Source: Octopus sinensis
Taxonomy: Eukaryota
DNA length: 64,000 nucleotides
Assembly: GCF_006345805.1 (NCBI RefSeq)
Contig: NW_021832534.1
Location: forward strand, 49,659-113,658
Direction of reading: 5' to 3'
Positions 41,621-54,064 of this stretch are shown one piece after another. Made by a program: the position numbers and the translations under genes. Numbering within the stretch: position 1 is the stretch's first letter; every line of letters starts with the position of its first letter. Below the pieces are notes generated by a model. The model was not told the origin of the DNA. It was given only the letters and a program-made list of their open reading frames with translations, and ran no database searches.

Positions 41621-42319
41621 ATTGGTGCTTCCTGGTAAACTGTCCAGGCATGGGACAGTGACATCAGCTGAGCCTGTCCGAGTTGCAAGCTCAGTGACAA
41701 TGGTCTTCTGCCTGAGTATTGCTGACTTGTACAGTTATGTTAAGTGGGTCCTGCCCCATGTAGGATGGATCAGCCTATCAGGTTTCTTTATTAGCTTCCA
41801 GGTGTCAGGCAAAAGCGAGGTCATTGCAAGTTACAAAAAACCAGAGGTGGGGGTTGGATGTAAGCAAATTGTAAACAAAGACAAGAATATGAATGATAAA
41901 ATTTCAATCATAGAAAATTCCCCAGTTGGGGGGGGGGGAAACTTTGAAGGCTTCTCATGGAAACCTCACAAGAATAAGGGTCACCCCAATTACAAAGGCA
42001 AGTACCACGTCCAAGCTATATTCTTTCAATTCAAACAACACATGCTCGGAACAAGCCCAATCACTCATAAACCATTCTTGGTACCATCATCCATCTTCCA
42101 ACGAATTTGCTGGAAAGTAACACTACTTCTGATTGTGATCTGAGACGCACATATCATCAGCCACTAAGGGACATGCTCAACTGGTTATGGTCAAACAACT
42201 GACTAGCAAATCTGTGGTATTGAGCAGAATATTTGCTGTAGCTCATCTTTTATACCAAGACAAAATAATGTACATGATAACGCTTCCAATCAGTTAAGAT
42301 GAGAAGCCATGAGAGCCAC

Positions 42320-42375
<56 letters not shown>

Positions 42376-44600
42376 TATTATTACTTTTGTTATTATTATG
42401 AGGATGACAAGATGGCAAAATCATTAGAGTCTCTGACAGAATGTCATTCAGTTTTTATTCTTTGAGTTCAAATCCCAGTGAGATTAACTTAGCTTTTCAT
42501 CTTTTTAGGGTGAATAAAACAAATACCAGTCATATAATGAGCTCAATAGTATTGACTAACCCCCCTCCCGCCCACTGAGTTTATTGGTTCCAGACCTGAA
42601 TCAAAATCTATTATTCTTGTCTGTCGAGACAGGTTATTGTGATATCCACAAATTAGAATTTACAAACTGGTTTTAAACCCTGAAAACTTGTGTTTTGTGT
42701 GGGAACTGTATGAGTGGAGGAGTGTGGCTTAGTGGTTTGGGTATTTGGCTTACAATCATTACGTTGTGAGTTCAAGCCTCGGCAGTGCATTGTGTCTTTG
42801 AGTAAAACACTCTATTCCTCATTGCTCCAGTCCACTCAGCTGGCAAAAAGGAGTTCTTCCTGCAATTCAAAAGAGCACCCCCCACCACCTTGTCACATGC
42901 AATGTTACATCGAACCTCCCCAAGAACTATAGCATGGGTATATATGTCTGTGGTGTACTCAGTCAATTGCATGTTAATTTTACGATCTGACCATTCCATT
43001 GATTGGATCAACTGGAAGCCTCGTCATCATAACCAATGGAGAACCAGTTTAAAAAATAGCTGGGGCCACAAAAAGATAACGGAAGAGAACTTTGTTGGTT
43101 AGACTGGTTGTTCAATTCTGTTTTTAAGAATCCAGTGGCAAAAACAACAACATCAATATTTCTACAAAGATCAAACAATAAATAAAATAAAATTTATAAA
43201 ACACAAATACTTTACTTTGGTATGAAGAGATTTTGAAGAATGAAAACTTCAGGACTTTTGAAACATCAAAGACTTTAATGCCAGGCTTGATAGTAAAAGA
43301 CAACAGCAGCAACAACAATAACAACAGCAGCAACAATAACAACAACTTCAGTAACGATAGCAATAACAACAACAACAGGAGCACTCACATCACAATCTCA
43401 AACTTTGTGCAGCAACATGAGTGAGAAGGAATCGTTTTGGCTTTATTAGTTGGGAGTTTCTGAATTTGTGTAGGGTCCAAACTAAGAAGGAGCATTGGCA
43501 ACTCTGCCCTAATAAACTGCCCCTGTTTCCTTGCCTGAGGAATTTTATGTAAGAGCAAACTGGGAGAGAATTGGCATGTACCCTCAAAGAGGTGCTTGAG
43601 AGAAACCCCTGGATGATGTGTTGGGCATCATTGCATTCATTGTCTGAAGCAAATGAAATGGGACCATCATTCGGCCCTTCAAGAATAAAGCAAAGACAGA
43701 ATGGAAAATAGAAATCACCAAACATTGACTTTGACCCCAATCTATGAACCCACGCAATGCAAAGCTGGCAGCAAGGGACATTCAGCTCTAGTTTGTTTAT
43801 GTTTTTAGGGAGCAGTGTGGAAGGGTGGTTACTATGGAGATCATGAAAAAGAACACAGGGTCTGGGGTGGGGGTGGGGGGCAGTAATGATGTTTTAAGTC
43901 ATTCATTACGTGAAGACCACAGAACCATTGCTGAGATCTGTCACTTGATGGACCCAGGAAGTAAGAGGCTGAGACTGATGGTGCAAAGAAGAGTAGGGGT
44001 CAGCTGTTAGTTTTGTAGCAGCAAGACCAAGAAGTTGAAGACCAAATGTCCACAATGATGGTCAATGGGGACAAGAGAAGAGGAATAGGAGGAGGAGGAG
44101 GAGGAGGAGAATGGTCCACAACAGAAACCACAACAATATTAGCCACAGCACCATGAAGAATGAGGAAACCTGTTGCATCTTAAATTCCAAAATTTGACAA
44201 ATGGGAACCCACCCCTCCCCAACCACCACCATTTGGTGACAATGGTAATACGATAAAAGAGAGGAATGAAGAACTACTGGGAATAAAAGAAGGAAGAGAA
44301 TCCAACAGTAAGAGAAGGAAGGATTGGAAGAGAATGGACTCCAAACTGTTTCTCTCTACTAATTCCACTGTAAAGGATAATTGGCTGGTCTGGGGCCATA
44401 GAACCAGAATTCTCTCCACAGAGCCACACATTGGGAATGAACCCTGAAATATGTGATTACAAAGGCAGATTCCTAACCACATGACCATACATACTCACAC
44501 ACATAATGTGTGTGTATATATAATGCATACATTCATATATATATATACATACATGTGTGTGTGTGTGCGTGCGTATATATATACATATATATATATATGT

Positions 44601-44643
<43 letters not shown>

Positions 44644-44725
44644 AGAGAGAGAGAGAGAACAAAGTGTACGTATGCTGCTATATATATATATTATATATAT
44701 ATATATATGTATATATATAAAAATA

Positions 44726-44929
44726 CAAAATGGGACAAGAACACAAAACATCCAGATAGATGATACAAAAAACACGGACGGGTCATTCGAAGCCTTTAAT
44801 CTTCAGTCCAGAACCAGCCAAAATTGCGAGGATGATCCGGTTCTTGACTGAAGATTAAAGGCTTCGAATGACCTGTCTGTGTTTTTTTGTATCAGCTATC
44901 TGGATGTATTGCGTTCTTGTCCCATTTTG
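44726..44929. repeat. Fold-back element (~90-bp arms, ~23-nt spacer); a single arm of the same family lies at ~16930-17050
   Basis: caaaatgggacaagaac...cttcagtccagaacc / ggttcttgactgaag...gttcttgtcccattttg. Confidence 0.85.
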
Positions 44930-44930
44930 A

Positions 44931-44973
<43 letters not shown>

Positions 44974-45269
44974 TGCATACGACAAGAAAATGGCCAATAC
45001 ACAATATAGAGAAAAAGAGTAAGATAGAAATGGCAAATAATCTACCCATTGTGCTCTATGGTAACCCAAGAGGGCCAGAGTAAGCAGACTGACAGTAAAT
45101 AAAGATTTTGTGGCCGAGGCGTAAGTGTGGTCAGTTGTGGTTCAATAAAATACATTTGTGGTAATACTGAAGGACTCTACGGAAGTAATTGATGGCGTCT
45201 GTTATCTAAAGTATTTGATCAATAGCGGGGGAGGATGGTCATGGCTGGAATAAGGATGGGGTAGGAACA

Positions 45270-45735
45270 TGCACAGAGCTATTATCTCTGCTGACTGCAA
45301 GAAGATTCTCTCTCTTAGCAAAAGACAAAATGTATGAGACACGTGGACAAACTGTGATGCTGCATGGACATTGGATGCAGAGGATGAATATATGTTGGGG
45401 GGATGGGTGAGGTATCCATGCTCCACTGAATGACAAGGCATAGATGAAGGGAAAAAACTGGGTCCAAGAGGGATCAGTTGTTGTATTTCAAGAATAAGAG
45501 TTACACTTGTATGGATGTGTAATGCGTATAAATGGAGAGATAGTTAGAGATTCCTTTGAAAGGAAACTTTCAGAAGATGAAGAGGAAAGCTGACCAAGGA
45601 AGAGATGGGCAGAAGTAGTGAAGGTTGATGTCGGGAAGTAGAACAGCACGAAAGAGATGACAAGAAATGCAAGAATGTTGTGTTGGAAAAGACTCATCCA
45701 GCCAATGCAGGCATGGAAAAATGGACGTAAAAATG
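45270..45735 (+). mobile_element. Decayed RTE LINE 3' end
   Basis: Frameshifted KDKMYE...TVMLHG, QE*ELHLYGCVMRING and PRKRWAEVVKVD; ends ccagccaatgcaggcatggaaaaatggacgtaaaaatg, the same tail as SINE family D. Confidence 0.7.
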
Positions 45736-48342
45736 AGAAGGAGGGGGAAGAAGAGGAGGGATAGATGGGGTAAAAGGAGAGGACGGGGAGTGGGTGGTGG
45801 TGGTGCTCTCAGTTAGTCCCCCTTATAATCCTATAATCTAGTAAGGTAATACCCCACCTAACCCCCCCCACACACACACACACGTTATCTTTCACTGAGA
45901 TTATCAAAATGTGTCAGTGTTGAGCAAGCGGAACCGTCCACACATTTTGATTCAGACACTTGATATTAATCACTTGCAATGTCTTCTTTCTATTCTAATG
46001 TTAATAGGAAATTAATTACTTCAAATTAACGAACGAATCGTCCTAAAAGGAAATTACTTTGTTATTGTCACAAACTGATAAAATCCCTTATTAAAAAATA
46101 TAGTCGCAGTATATTCAAGGTAGGTAACTCGTCTAAAAATTATCTCCCTTGACAGCTGCAAAATTACTTTAAATATTAAATTATTGTAGTTACTGTTACA
46201 CGCTTTAGATAGAATAAACCTTATTTAATAGACCTATGGTTAAAGACGTTCCAGCCATGACGGTCCTGTTACAGAACTTATTGGGTTCTTTTATTCAAAC
46301 ACTCTCCCTACCATTATGTCCTTCATTTTCAAGTCATTAAGTGGTTAAAGGAGAATGACTAGTATTTCTAGCAGATTAAGCAATTGTACAACCATTCCAC
46401 TCTAGTTGGTGTATGTGTATATATGTATATATATAGTTATTGTGTATAAACCTACCATTTATATATATATATCCTTTGGTCAAGCCGCCTTCATAGAGTA
46501 TATTTCAGATCTTGGAGTTCGGTCGGTCAGCTGTGAAAAGCAGATGCATATATACATTACTGTGTCCCTAATAAACACATATACACACACCTATGTATAT
46601 ATATATGTGAGTGAGTGAGTGCGTGCGTGCGTGTATATATGTATCATGTATGTATGTATGTGTGTATGTATGTATGTTTGGATGCATGCATACATGCATG
46701 TATGTATGTATGTATGTATTCTATATTCTAAATATTTTGTATTAGGAAAAAAAACAGGTGTGTTCATTACATACCTATTTTTAATAATTAAATATCATGA
46801 TTTGTTAATTGATATATAGACATCACTGACTGAAATCACCAACTTCATTATAAATAACAACACTAGTACATTACACTAGTGCAGAATACCACTAGGTACT
46901 ACTACACAACTACCAGCACTGACACAAAAATAATGATGAGAAAACCTGAAACCAGACGAAACACTAAAACAAGCAAATAATTTGTAGCCAATATTTTCTA
47001 ACTTCAGTCCTTTGTATTGAGATTTGTCAATATAGAATTGCTTTACTTGTTTAAATAATAATGTTTCAATAGAAAACTGAATTAATACCAACTGAACTGT
47101 TGATATCATAATGTACACCATGGATTATTGTTTATAAGTTATCCTACAACATACAATACATGTACATACAATAACTGTAATTGCTTATACAAAATGACGA
47201 AAGTAGAACGAATTTCCAAAAGAAAATTATATATTACCCTAAAATATAATTAAATTAAAGAGATTTGAGATTTTTCATTTCTGTATTTGCATTTATCTCT
47301 GCAAAATTTCATTTAAAAACGTGTGTTTTTCAGAAAGTCATAAGATTGTAAGTTGTTGCATCATCTTTTGGATAGAGTAGCTAAATTTCCCTCAGATCCC
47401 AATTTAACAACTGAAAAAGGGGATATTGGACCAGGTGGGCCTAGATAGATATGTGTTTGAAAATATAAAGTGATGGTTATGCTAAGAAGTCTTTGGGTTT
47501 AGTTCTGGTGGATTAGGGTGGGACTGGGGCTAGACAACGATGACAACCACCGCCAAGATGTATCTCTATATTCAGTCTTTAAGGAAGAGTACAGTCCTTC
47601 GCAAATGAAAAGACGGAATGGTCACAGATGGAATATTCTGGCCAAGGGCACTGACCTATGGCTAAACAGCAGCAGCAGTAACTCTATACAGATGTTCTGC
47701 TTTACAAAGATATTTACAGGCTTGGCTGTGTAGTTAAGAAGTTTTTTTTTCACAGCGATATGGTTTTGGGTTCAATCCTACACTGTGACACTTTGAGCTG
47801 ATCTCCTCAACCATAGCATCAGATCAACCAAAGCCTTGCGTGAGGGCCTCAGTGGAAAGTCACCCCTGGGGCAATATCTGTTCTTAAGCAATAAAATTAA
47901 CCAGTCACCCTGTCCATTCCTAGTCCCTGGATACCTTAAACCTAAGTCCACTCTGCTTCGATCACCTACCCCTCCCCTTTCCCTCCACCAGTCTCGGTGG
48001 GGTCCTAAAAAAGGGGACTGTAGGTGATCCCTCTCACTACGGAATTGAACATTAAAAAAAAAAAGACCAAACCCTTTCGTCATGGCAAATAAAAGATGAC
48101 ATTTCGTGGCGTTTGTGTTGGTCCTTAGACTTTGGTAAACTTCGGTGCTCGACTAAAATTTACCAGGAGACGAGACACTCCCAGACTCCTCTCATAAATG
48201 ATTCCTCGCCGTTTGTCATCTTACGACGTCTTTAACAAAACATATCCAGAGTTATTCCCCTTCGTCTGCCAACCCTGAGCTCAAGCTCACCACCACCACC
48301 ACCACTACCGCCATCGCCAACACTAGCACCACCATCATTACA

Positions 48343-48721
48343 TCTTTATATATAAAAGAGAGGTTGTGTGCTGTCTGTCTCCTACGATTTAGATTCCTAA
48401 CTACTCCCACATTTTGCGGTGCAGTTTAACCAAAACCGGGTATCTTATAGTCGTGATTCATATCGAGCCCTTCTGGGTATTAGCGCGCGTCTACAATGAG
48501 TTTACGATTCAAAAAAAAATTTACCATAATTTTTTTCCATTTTAATGCATTTTTTCGCTATTATATAAGGGAAGTAACTCTCTAAAAATGTCTACGATGT
48601 GTCAACGATTTAAAAAAAAATTTACCATCATTTTTTTGCTATTTTTTGGCTATAACTCTCTAAAAATGCTTATATAGTTATTTCCCTTACAAACCCGAGC
48701 AACGCTGGTCGATACTGCTAG
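48343..48721 (+). mobile_element. Non-autonomous Helitron (longer copy with internal duplication)
   Basis: A|TCTTTATATATAAAA ... cccgagcaacgctgg...CTAG|T; colinear with 33437-33730 plus a repeated acgatttaaaaaaaatttaccatc...aactctctaaaaatg segment. Confidence 0.8.
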
Positions 48722-48838
48722 TTATATATAATTCTAACTGAGATTCTGTTGTGTCGTCCCATTTCAAAACAATCGTTTTATGTTTCCCTTCTCGTTGTTG
48801 GTCTGACTTAAACGTTGCTTGCCGTTGTCTACCTCATC

Positions 48839-49068
48839 GGCGAGCTGGCAGAAACGTTAGCACGCCGGGCGAAATGCTTAGCGGTATTTCGTCTGGGTTA
48901 CGTTGTGAGTTCAAATTCCGCCGAGGTCGACTTTGCCTTTCATCCTTTCGGGGTCGATAAATTAAGTACCAGTTACGCACTGGGGTCGATGTAATCTACT
49001 TAATACCTATGTCTGTCCTTGTTTGTCCCCTCTGTGTTTAGCCCCTTGTGGGTAATAAAGAAATAGGT
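48839..49068 (+). mobile_element. SINE family B (least decayed copy)
   Basis: ggcgagctggcagaaacgttagc...gagttcaaattccgccgaggtcgactttgcctttcatcctttcggggtcgataaattaagtaccag. Other copies at ~11510-11700, 12938-13250, 20305-20510, 27820-28170(-), 35020-35240, 42405-42600, 53720-53835(-). Confidence 0.85.
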
Positions 49069-49909
49069 ATATTTTGACATTGCACTCACATCTGACAGAC
49101 CTTTCGTAAGACATGACCACCCATGACCAGCCTGTTTCTTTCCATTTATTTTTTCAAATAAGATTTCATGCCTTTTCTTCATAAGTCAGTAGAACCTTAT
49201 TTGAAGAGGAGTTTACTTCTATTTCTAGTAATTTGAGTGACCTAACAGTGACAGCTGATACAAAAGGAAACGTCCGTTCAATGTCCTCTACTCTCAAATT
49301 TATATCAACATTGCAATTGAATCGCTCAGATGTCTCCCTTTCATTATTGTCATCTCTCATCCTCTCCACTCTTCCTTTATTTCTTTGGTTCTTTCTTTCT
49401 TTCTCTTCCTCTCTCTCTCCCCTTTATCTTTTCTCTTTTATTTTCTTATATTGCTCCTCCTCCACCTCTCTTCCTCTATCCACCATATTGCTTTTTCACT
49501 CCCCCTCTGTCTCTCCTCCTCTTTACTCATTTCTCTGACATCGTTCTCTTATATTTTCATTTCTCCCTCTCTGTTTCTCTCCCTCCACCCCTCCCCCTCT
49601 CTCTCTCGATAAACATACAGACAGCCGGACAGATCCCAACCGTTGTCTTCCCCCACCACCTTCGTTTCCTACTCAGTAAAGCTAAGGGTCAATACGCGAG
49701 TTCACTTCCCAGCTGTCCAATCTCCTGGTTGCATTTACCTTCAGTCCTTCAACAAGACACACAACTCTACCTGTTTAGTGATAAAGAAGGTTAACATAAA
49801 ATCCAGGAAAAAAATTCCGAAGTGTTTTTGTTCGTTTTTACCAGTTTTTGCTTCATCCCTGAACCAAGGAAGGAAGCATCAAAGAATAAAAGATATTTTC
49901 ATTAAGAAT

Positions 49910-52318
49910 TTAACTTACCAATAATGTTGAAGGAGACTTCCTTTCTGTGGAAGGTATTATCCAGTCATTTTGCGACTCGTACTGTGGATAAAACTCATTG
50001 TTGGATTCCATCAACAGAATATTCCTGTTGCGCATCTCCACCGAATGCCGAGGTGCTGGAATGGTTTTTTTCGTCTGTGTTGTATAGTGGCTTTTTTCGC
50101 GGTTACAAGGGATGGCTGTGCTCACTCCGGGTCTGGCCTGGTTACTTTGGCCATTGTTGCATCTCACAATACACAATGTAACAGATACCACCACAACTAT
50201 AGATACTATCACAGCTGCGACTACAATGATAATCAGCATGGTGGCATCGACGGTATTGTCCGATGGGAGATGAGCAGAGTTCAGTTTTGTTGAGGTTTTA
50301 TTACTAACAGTTAGTGTCAAAGAAAGTGTGGTTGTTGAAGACAAAACTGGTGTACCATTGTCTTTCACAGCCAACAGAAGTTTGTAAGACCCAGCATCGT
50401 TTTGATAAACTGTCCGTGAAAAGGACATCACTCCTGTGTAAGGGTTTACTTTAAATAGTTGTTTAGTATTGCCGTCAAGTATTTCATATTTTAAGAAGGC
50501 ATTTTCGCGACTGTCTCTATCAGAAGCCTTCAGAACTGTGATGTCATTCTTGCTCTGAGGATAATAGTGAACATCAAGACTAAAAGGGTTAACACTAGGG
50601 AATGTAAAGTAAGGGGCATTATCGTTTTCATCAAGGACTTCGACAATCACATTTGCTGTGTTATTTAAGGAAGGGACACCACTGTCTCTGACAAAAACCT
50701 TGAATCTAAATGCTTCCTGTTTTTCACGATCTAACGGTCTATTTGTAGAGATGAAACCATAGTCAGCAATAATGAATGGCAAATTGTTTCCTGTGTTACT
50801 AAACAAGGAATAGACGAGTGTCCCTCCCAGGCCAATGTCTGGGTCAGTTGCATCAATAAAACCAACTGGGAAATTGGGTTTCTCATTTTCGTAAGTCAGA
50901 AATTTGAATGTCTCTCTTGTAAATTGTGGCTGTACATCGTTGACATCCATTACTTCAATGGAGAACTGTCTCTGAGTCTGTAAAGGAGGGGATCCTTTGT
51001 CTTCGCAAGAAATTGTTATGTCATACCTATCTTGTTTCTCTCTGTCCACAGGTTTCTTTAACGTAATTTTATATTCTTTTGATCCTAAATCTAAAAGAAG
51101 GAACTTATCGTGGTGTAGGCTACATTCCACCTCACCATTCAGTCCAATATCATTGTCAATAACATTGACATAAGCTATGAAACTGCCGACTTTGATTCCT
51201 TCAGATATTGAAGCTGTATTCTTTGTCAATTCAGTGACAAAGTTAATATCTATCTCTGGAGGATGGTTCTGCTGGTCAACAACATTGACCAAAATCATGG
51301 CAATAGATGTCAGCGGGGAGCTTCCACCATCTTTAGCTTCAACATAGAGTTTGTACGTTTGTGTTTGTCTTGAAGTAAAATTCTTCACTACAAAGATGCC
51401 ACCAGTTTCAGCGTTTAGGTAGAAATGTTGTGTGGCAGCAGTTGATGTTTCTGGACTAAAATGGTAGGAAATCTTTCCATTATTTCCAAAATCTAAATCC
51501 TTTGCTGAAAGAATTAAAATGGGTGAATTTCTATGATGTGTGTTCTTTATTGAAATGTTGAATGTATTTTGGGTGAAGAGGGGAGAATTGTCATTCAAAT
51601 CTGTAACTGAAACTTGGATGCGAAGAATACCCTGTCGCATTGGATTGCCACCATCTCTGGCAATAACTTGAAGTGTGTAACTAGCTTTTCTCTCCCTATC
51701 AAGTCTTTCTGTAAGGATTAACCCCAACTTTGAACTACCAGTCATCCTTTTCGTAACTGACAATTTAAATGGATCATTGATTTTTCTTTGAAGTTCATAA
51801 ATAATCTTTGAATTTAGATCGCCAACATCTTTATCAATAGCATTCGGAATTGATTTTGTTAAGCCCATGGCATCTCCTTCTGAAAAATCTAGTTTTACAC
51901 TTTTTCTCAAGAATTCTGGGGAATTGTCATTGACATCTTCAATAACTACTTTGATTTTTAAGATTTTCATAAATGTCTGTGCCCTACGTACTGATATTTT
52001 GATTATCCGGAAACATTCCGTATTTGATGTACAAAGTAACTCGGCATCAAGTTTCTGGGCAGTGTAGAGCTCTCCAGTTTTAGAAACAGTAAAAAGATTA
52101 TCATTTCCTGTCTGTCTCTGGTGTAATTGGTGGAACCTCACCAGATTGTGTTCTTCGCTTGGAATGCTCTCTAACAACTTGGAGTCTGAAGCGATATTAC
52201 CGACATAACTATCAGGGCTTTTTTCTTCTTCTACATGGTAAATGAGGTCGACAGCCCGACATTCATGGTAGAAAAAGGACAGCGCAAGCCACTGCAACAC
52301 ACCTTTATACATCTTCAT
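49910..52318 (-). CDS. PCDH: Protocadherin (cephalopod type): signal peptide, EC1-EC6, TM and proximal cytoplasmic region in one large exon; the true exon probably runs 52345->49919 and splices onward
   Basis: Uninterrupted 802-aa ORF. Hydrophobic N-terminus, and six cadherin repeats with DxNDNxP (DVNDNSP, DLNDNSP, DVNDVQP, DENDNAP), LDRE/VDRE, DxD and DxGxP motifs. EC1 has Cys-x5-Cys (CTSNTEC). TM is MLIIIVVAAVIVSIVVVVSVTLCIV; start context is gccATG. Symbol is family-level only. Confidence 0.97.
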   Translation of the reverse strand: MKMYKGVLQWLALSFFYHECRAVDLIYHVEEEKSPDSYVGNIASDSKLLESIPSEEHNLVRFHQLHQRQTGNDNLFTVSKTGELYTAQKLDAELLCTSNTECFRIIKISVRRAQTFMKILKIKVVIEDVNDNSPEFLRKSVKLDFSEGDAMGLTKSIPNAIDKDVGDLNSKIIYELQRKINDPFKLSVTKRMTGSSKLGLILTERLDRERKASYTLQVIARDGGNPMRQGILRIQVSVTDLNDNSPLFTQNTFNISIKNTHHRNSPILILSAKDLDFGNNGKISYHFSPETSTAATQHFYLNAETGGIFVVKNFTSRQTQTYKLYVEAKDGGSSPLTSIAMILVNVVDQQNHPPEIDINFVTELTKNTASISEGIKVGSFIAYVNVIDNDIGLNGEVECSLHHDKFLLLDLGSKEYKITLKKPVDREKQDRYDITISCEDKGSPPLQTQRQFSIEVMDVNDVQPQFTRETFKFLTYENEKPNFPVGFIDATDPDIGLGGTLVYSLFSNTGNNLPFIIADYGFISTNRPLDREKQEAFRFKVFVRDSGVPSLNNTANVIVEVLDENDNAPYFTFPSVNPFSLDVHYYPQSKNDITVLKASDRDSRENAFLKYEILDGNTKQLFKVNPYTGVMSFSRTVYQNDAGSYKLLLAVKDNGTPVLSSTTTLSLTLTVSNKTSTKLNSAHLPSDNTVDATMLIIIVVAAVIVSIVVVVSVTLCIVRCNNGQSNQARPGVSTAIPCNREKSHYTTQTKKTIPAPRHSVEMRNRNILLMESNNEFYPQYESQNDWIIPSTERKSPSTLLVS
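49913..49921 (-). other. Splice donor at the end of the protocadherin large exon (phase 0)
   Basis: Minus strand TTA TTG|GTAAGT TAA; the ORF stop comes immediately after a consensus GTAAGT, typical of intron read-through. Confidence 0.75.
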
Positions 52319-52345
52319 GGCGAATTAACGACGAATCAAAGAAAC

Positions 52346-52365
52346 CTGCAATAGAGAAAGAATTG
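52346..52365 (-). other. Splice acceptor upstream of the protocadherin start codon (5' UTR intron)
   Basis: Minus strand reads ttctttctctattgcag|gtttctttgattcgtcgttaattcgccATG: polypyrimidine tract plus CAG, with the exon starting 27 nt before the ATG. Confidence 0.75.
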
Positions 52366-52617
52366 TTTGTGAAATATCATTCAGTTTGATAAAATAGTTT
52401 CTTACACGACAACAAGAACATCAAAAATAGCAACACTGTTATGATCCAAGCAAAAAAAAAACCTCCTCGTTTCAGCCAACCTGATGACAAGAACAACTAA
52501 ATCTGACCTCAAAATCATATACTGTTGCCTTAATAAAGAACTATTTCAGGAAAATAGAGTCATTGGGGAATTGTGTCTAAGAAATAGATGAGTACATGTA
52601 TATACGTACATATGTAT

Positions 52618-52648
<31 letters not shown>

Positions 52649-52814
52649 TGTAAGAAGACTGCAAAAATATGTTATTTTCTAAACAGAATTCTCAAAATCT
52701 TTAATCACTGCTATAGATTCAACTTTTTGAATCTGCTCCTCTCTGGTTCAACAAGTTCCATGGCCCGACACAGTTTAAGTCTATCGCTGTTAGTTTGTAG
52801 AAGCACCACAAGGC

Positions 52815-53080
52815 CATGGGCCCGGGAACAGGGGGTGCAGGTGGTGCAAGCGCACCCCCTAGAATTTCTGCGGAGTGCAGAACCAAAATTTGCAGCCCTA
52901 CTTATTTTTCTCAGGTTTCGAAAACGGTAAATAAAAAGTGATGCGTAAAAAGTAGCTTGAAGTTAGGTTCCGTCTCAAAGAACAAAATGAAAATAAATTA
53001 CAAAAAGAAAGGACCTTGTTTGTAAATATTTTTGGAACTGGGTTTGCACCCCCTAAGCAAATTTCATCCCCGAGCCAATG
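52815..53080. mobile_element. hAT-type MITE with 8-bp target-site duplication
   Basis: Imperfect TIRs catgggcccggga / tccccgagccaatg, subterminal GGGGGTGCA / TGCACCCCC, flanked by cacaaggc (52807-14) and cacaaggg (53081-88). Confidence 0.75.
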
Positions 53081-53838
53081 CACAAGGGCTGTGCTGTTAG
53101 CAGCGCTAAGGGGTTGAACTTTGTTTATACGGTAGCTGAATGTTTTGTATTTCATAATCCCAATCCTACAGGATGCCATCCAAGAGATCGAGAGAAACAG
53201 ATGATGATGCAAGTGCCAAACAATATAAACGTGAAACATTATTGATGCTTGAAAAGTGGAATTATTAGGGAAAAAACAAAAGAAAACCCCCAGAAAATAA
53301 CTCGGGTAAAGAATACAATGTGAGTATTATGGGGTGAGATCGTTTGATGTGTTATGATTTAAAGAAACAAACATTTGCACATTTTAAGAAGAAATTGTTG
53401 AAAATGAAAAACCGGAAATGTTTAATATATCGTCAAATTTTTAAAGGTATCAGAAGTGAGCATAATGATGGTATCATCGAACAGACCAAAATTCTTCATA
53501 GAGAAGTAAAGCTAAAGGGCTTGAACACTCCCAGCAACACAAGAGAATGCACAGTGTTGCACACATCCCAGCAACACGAAGGTGCAGCAGGTGATGCAGT
53601 AGACATTTGCATCAATTTGGACAATGATGATGATGATGATTTCAAATTTTGGTGTAAACACCAGCAATTTTGGGGGATGGTAGGAGATGATTCCATCACC
53701 CTGGTGTTTGCCTTTCACATTTTCAAGATCAGTCAAAGTCGACCCCAGTGGCATTTAAACTCAGAATGTAAAATTGGAAGAAATATTGCTAAGCAATTTT
53801 TTTGGCACGCTAACCATTCTGCCAGCTTGCCACCTTAC

Positions 53839-53907
<69 letters not shown>

Positions 53908-53948
53908 TAATAATAATGATATTGATAATGATAATGATAATGATGATG

Positions 53949-54064
<116 letters not shown>

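Noticed and set aside
43400-43800. Possible Ty3/Gypsy integrase relic (NWERIGM)
   Set aside because: Only one short motif is recognisable; no LTRs or RT nearby
49166-49369. Minus-strand 67-aa ORF ending LLTYEEKA as a possible Pcdh cytoplasmic exon
   Set aside because: No phase-0 acceptor puts it in frame; the nearest acceptor (tttgtatcag) gives LSLLGHSNY-stop
49859-49918. Possible 60-nt intron after the Pcdh donor
   Set aside because: Very short, and yields an immediate GGA TGA stop
49924-50293. Plus-strand ORFs overlapping the Pcdh 3' end (also 51867-52067)
   Set aside because: Antisense shadows of the protocadherin CDS
53344-53910. 188-aa plus-strand ORF
   Set aside because: Runs through a SINE B copy and a microsatellite; no domain signal
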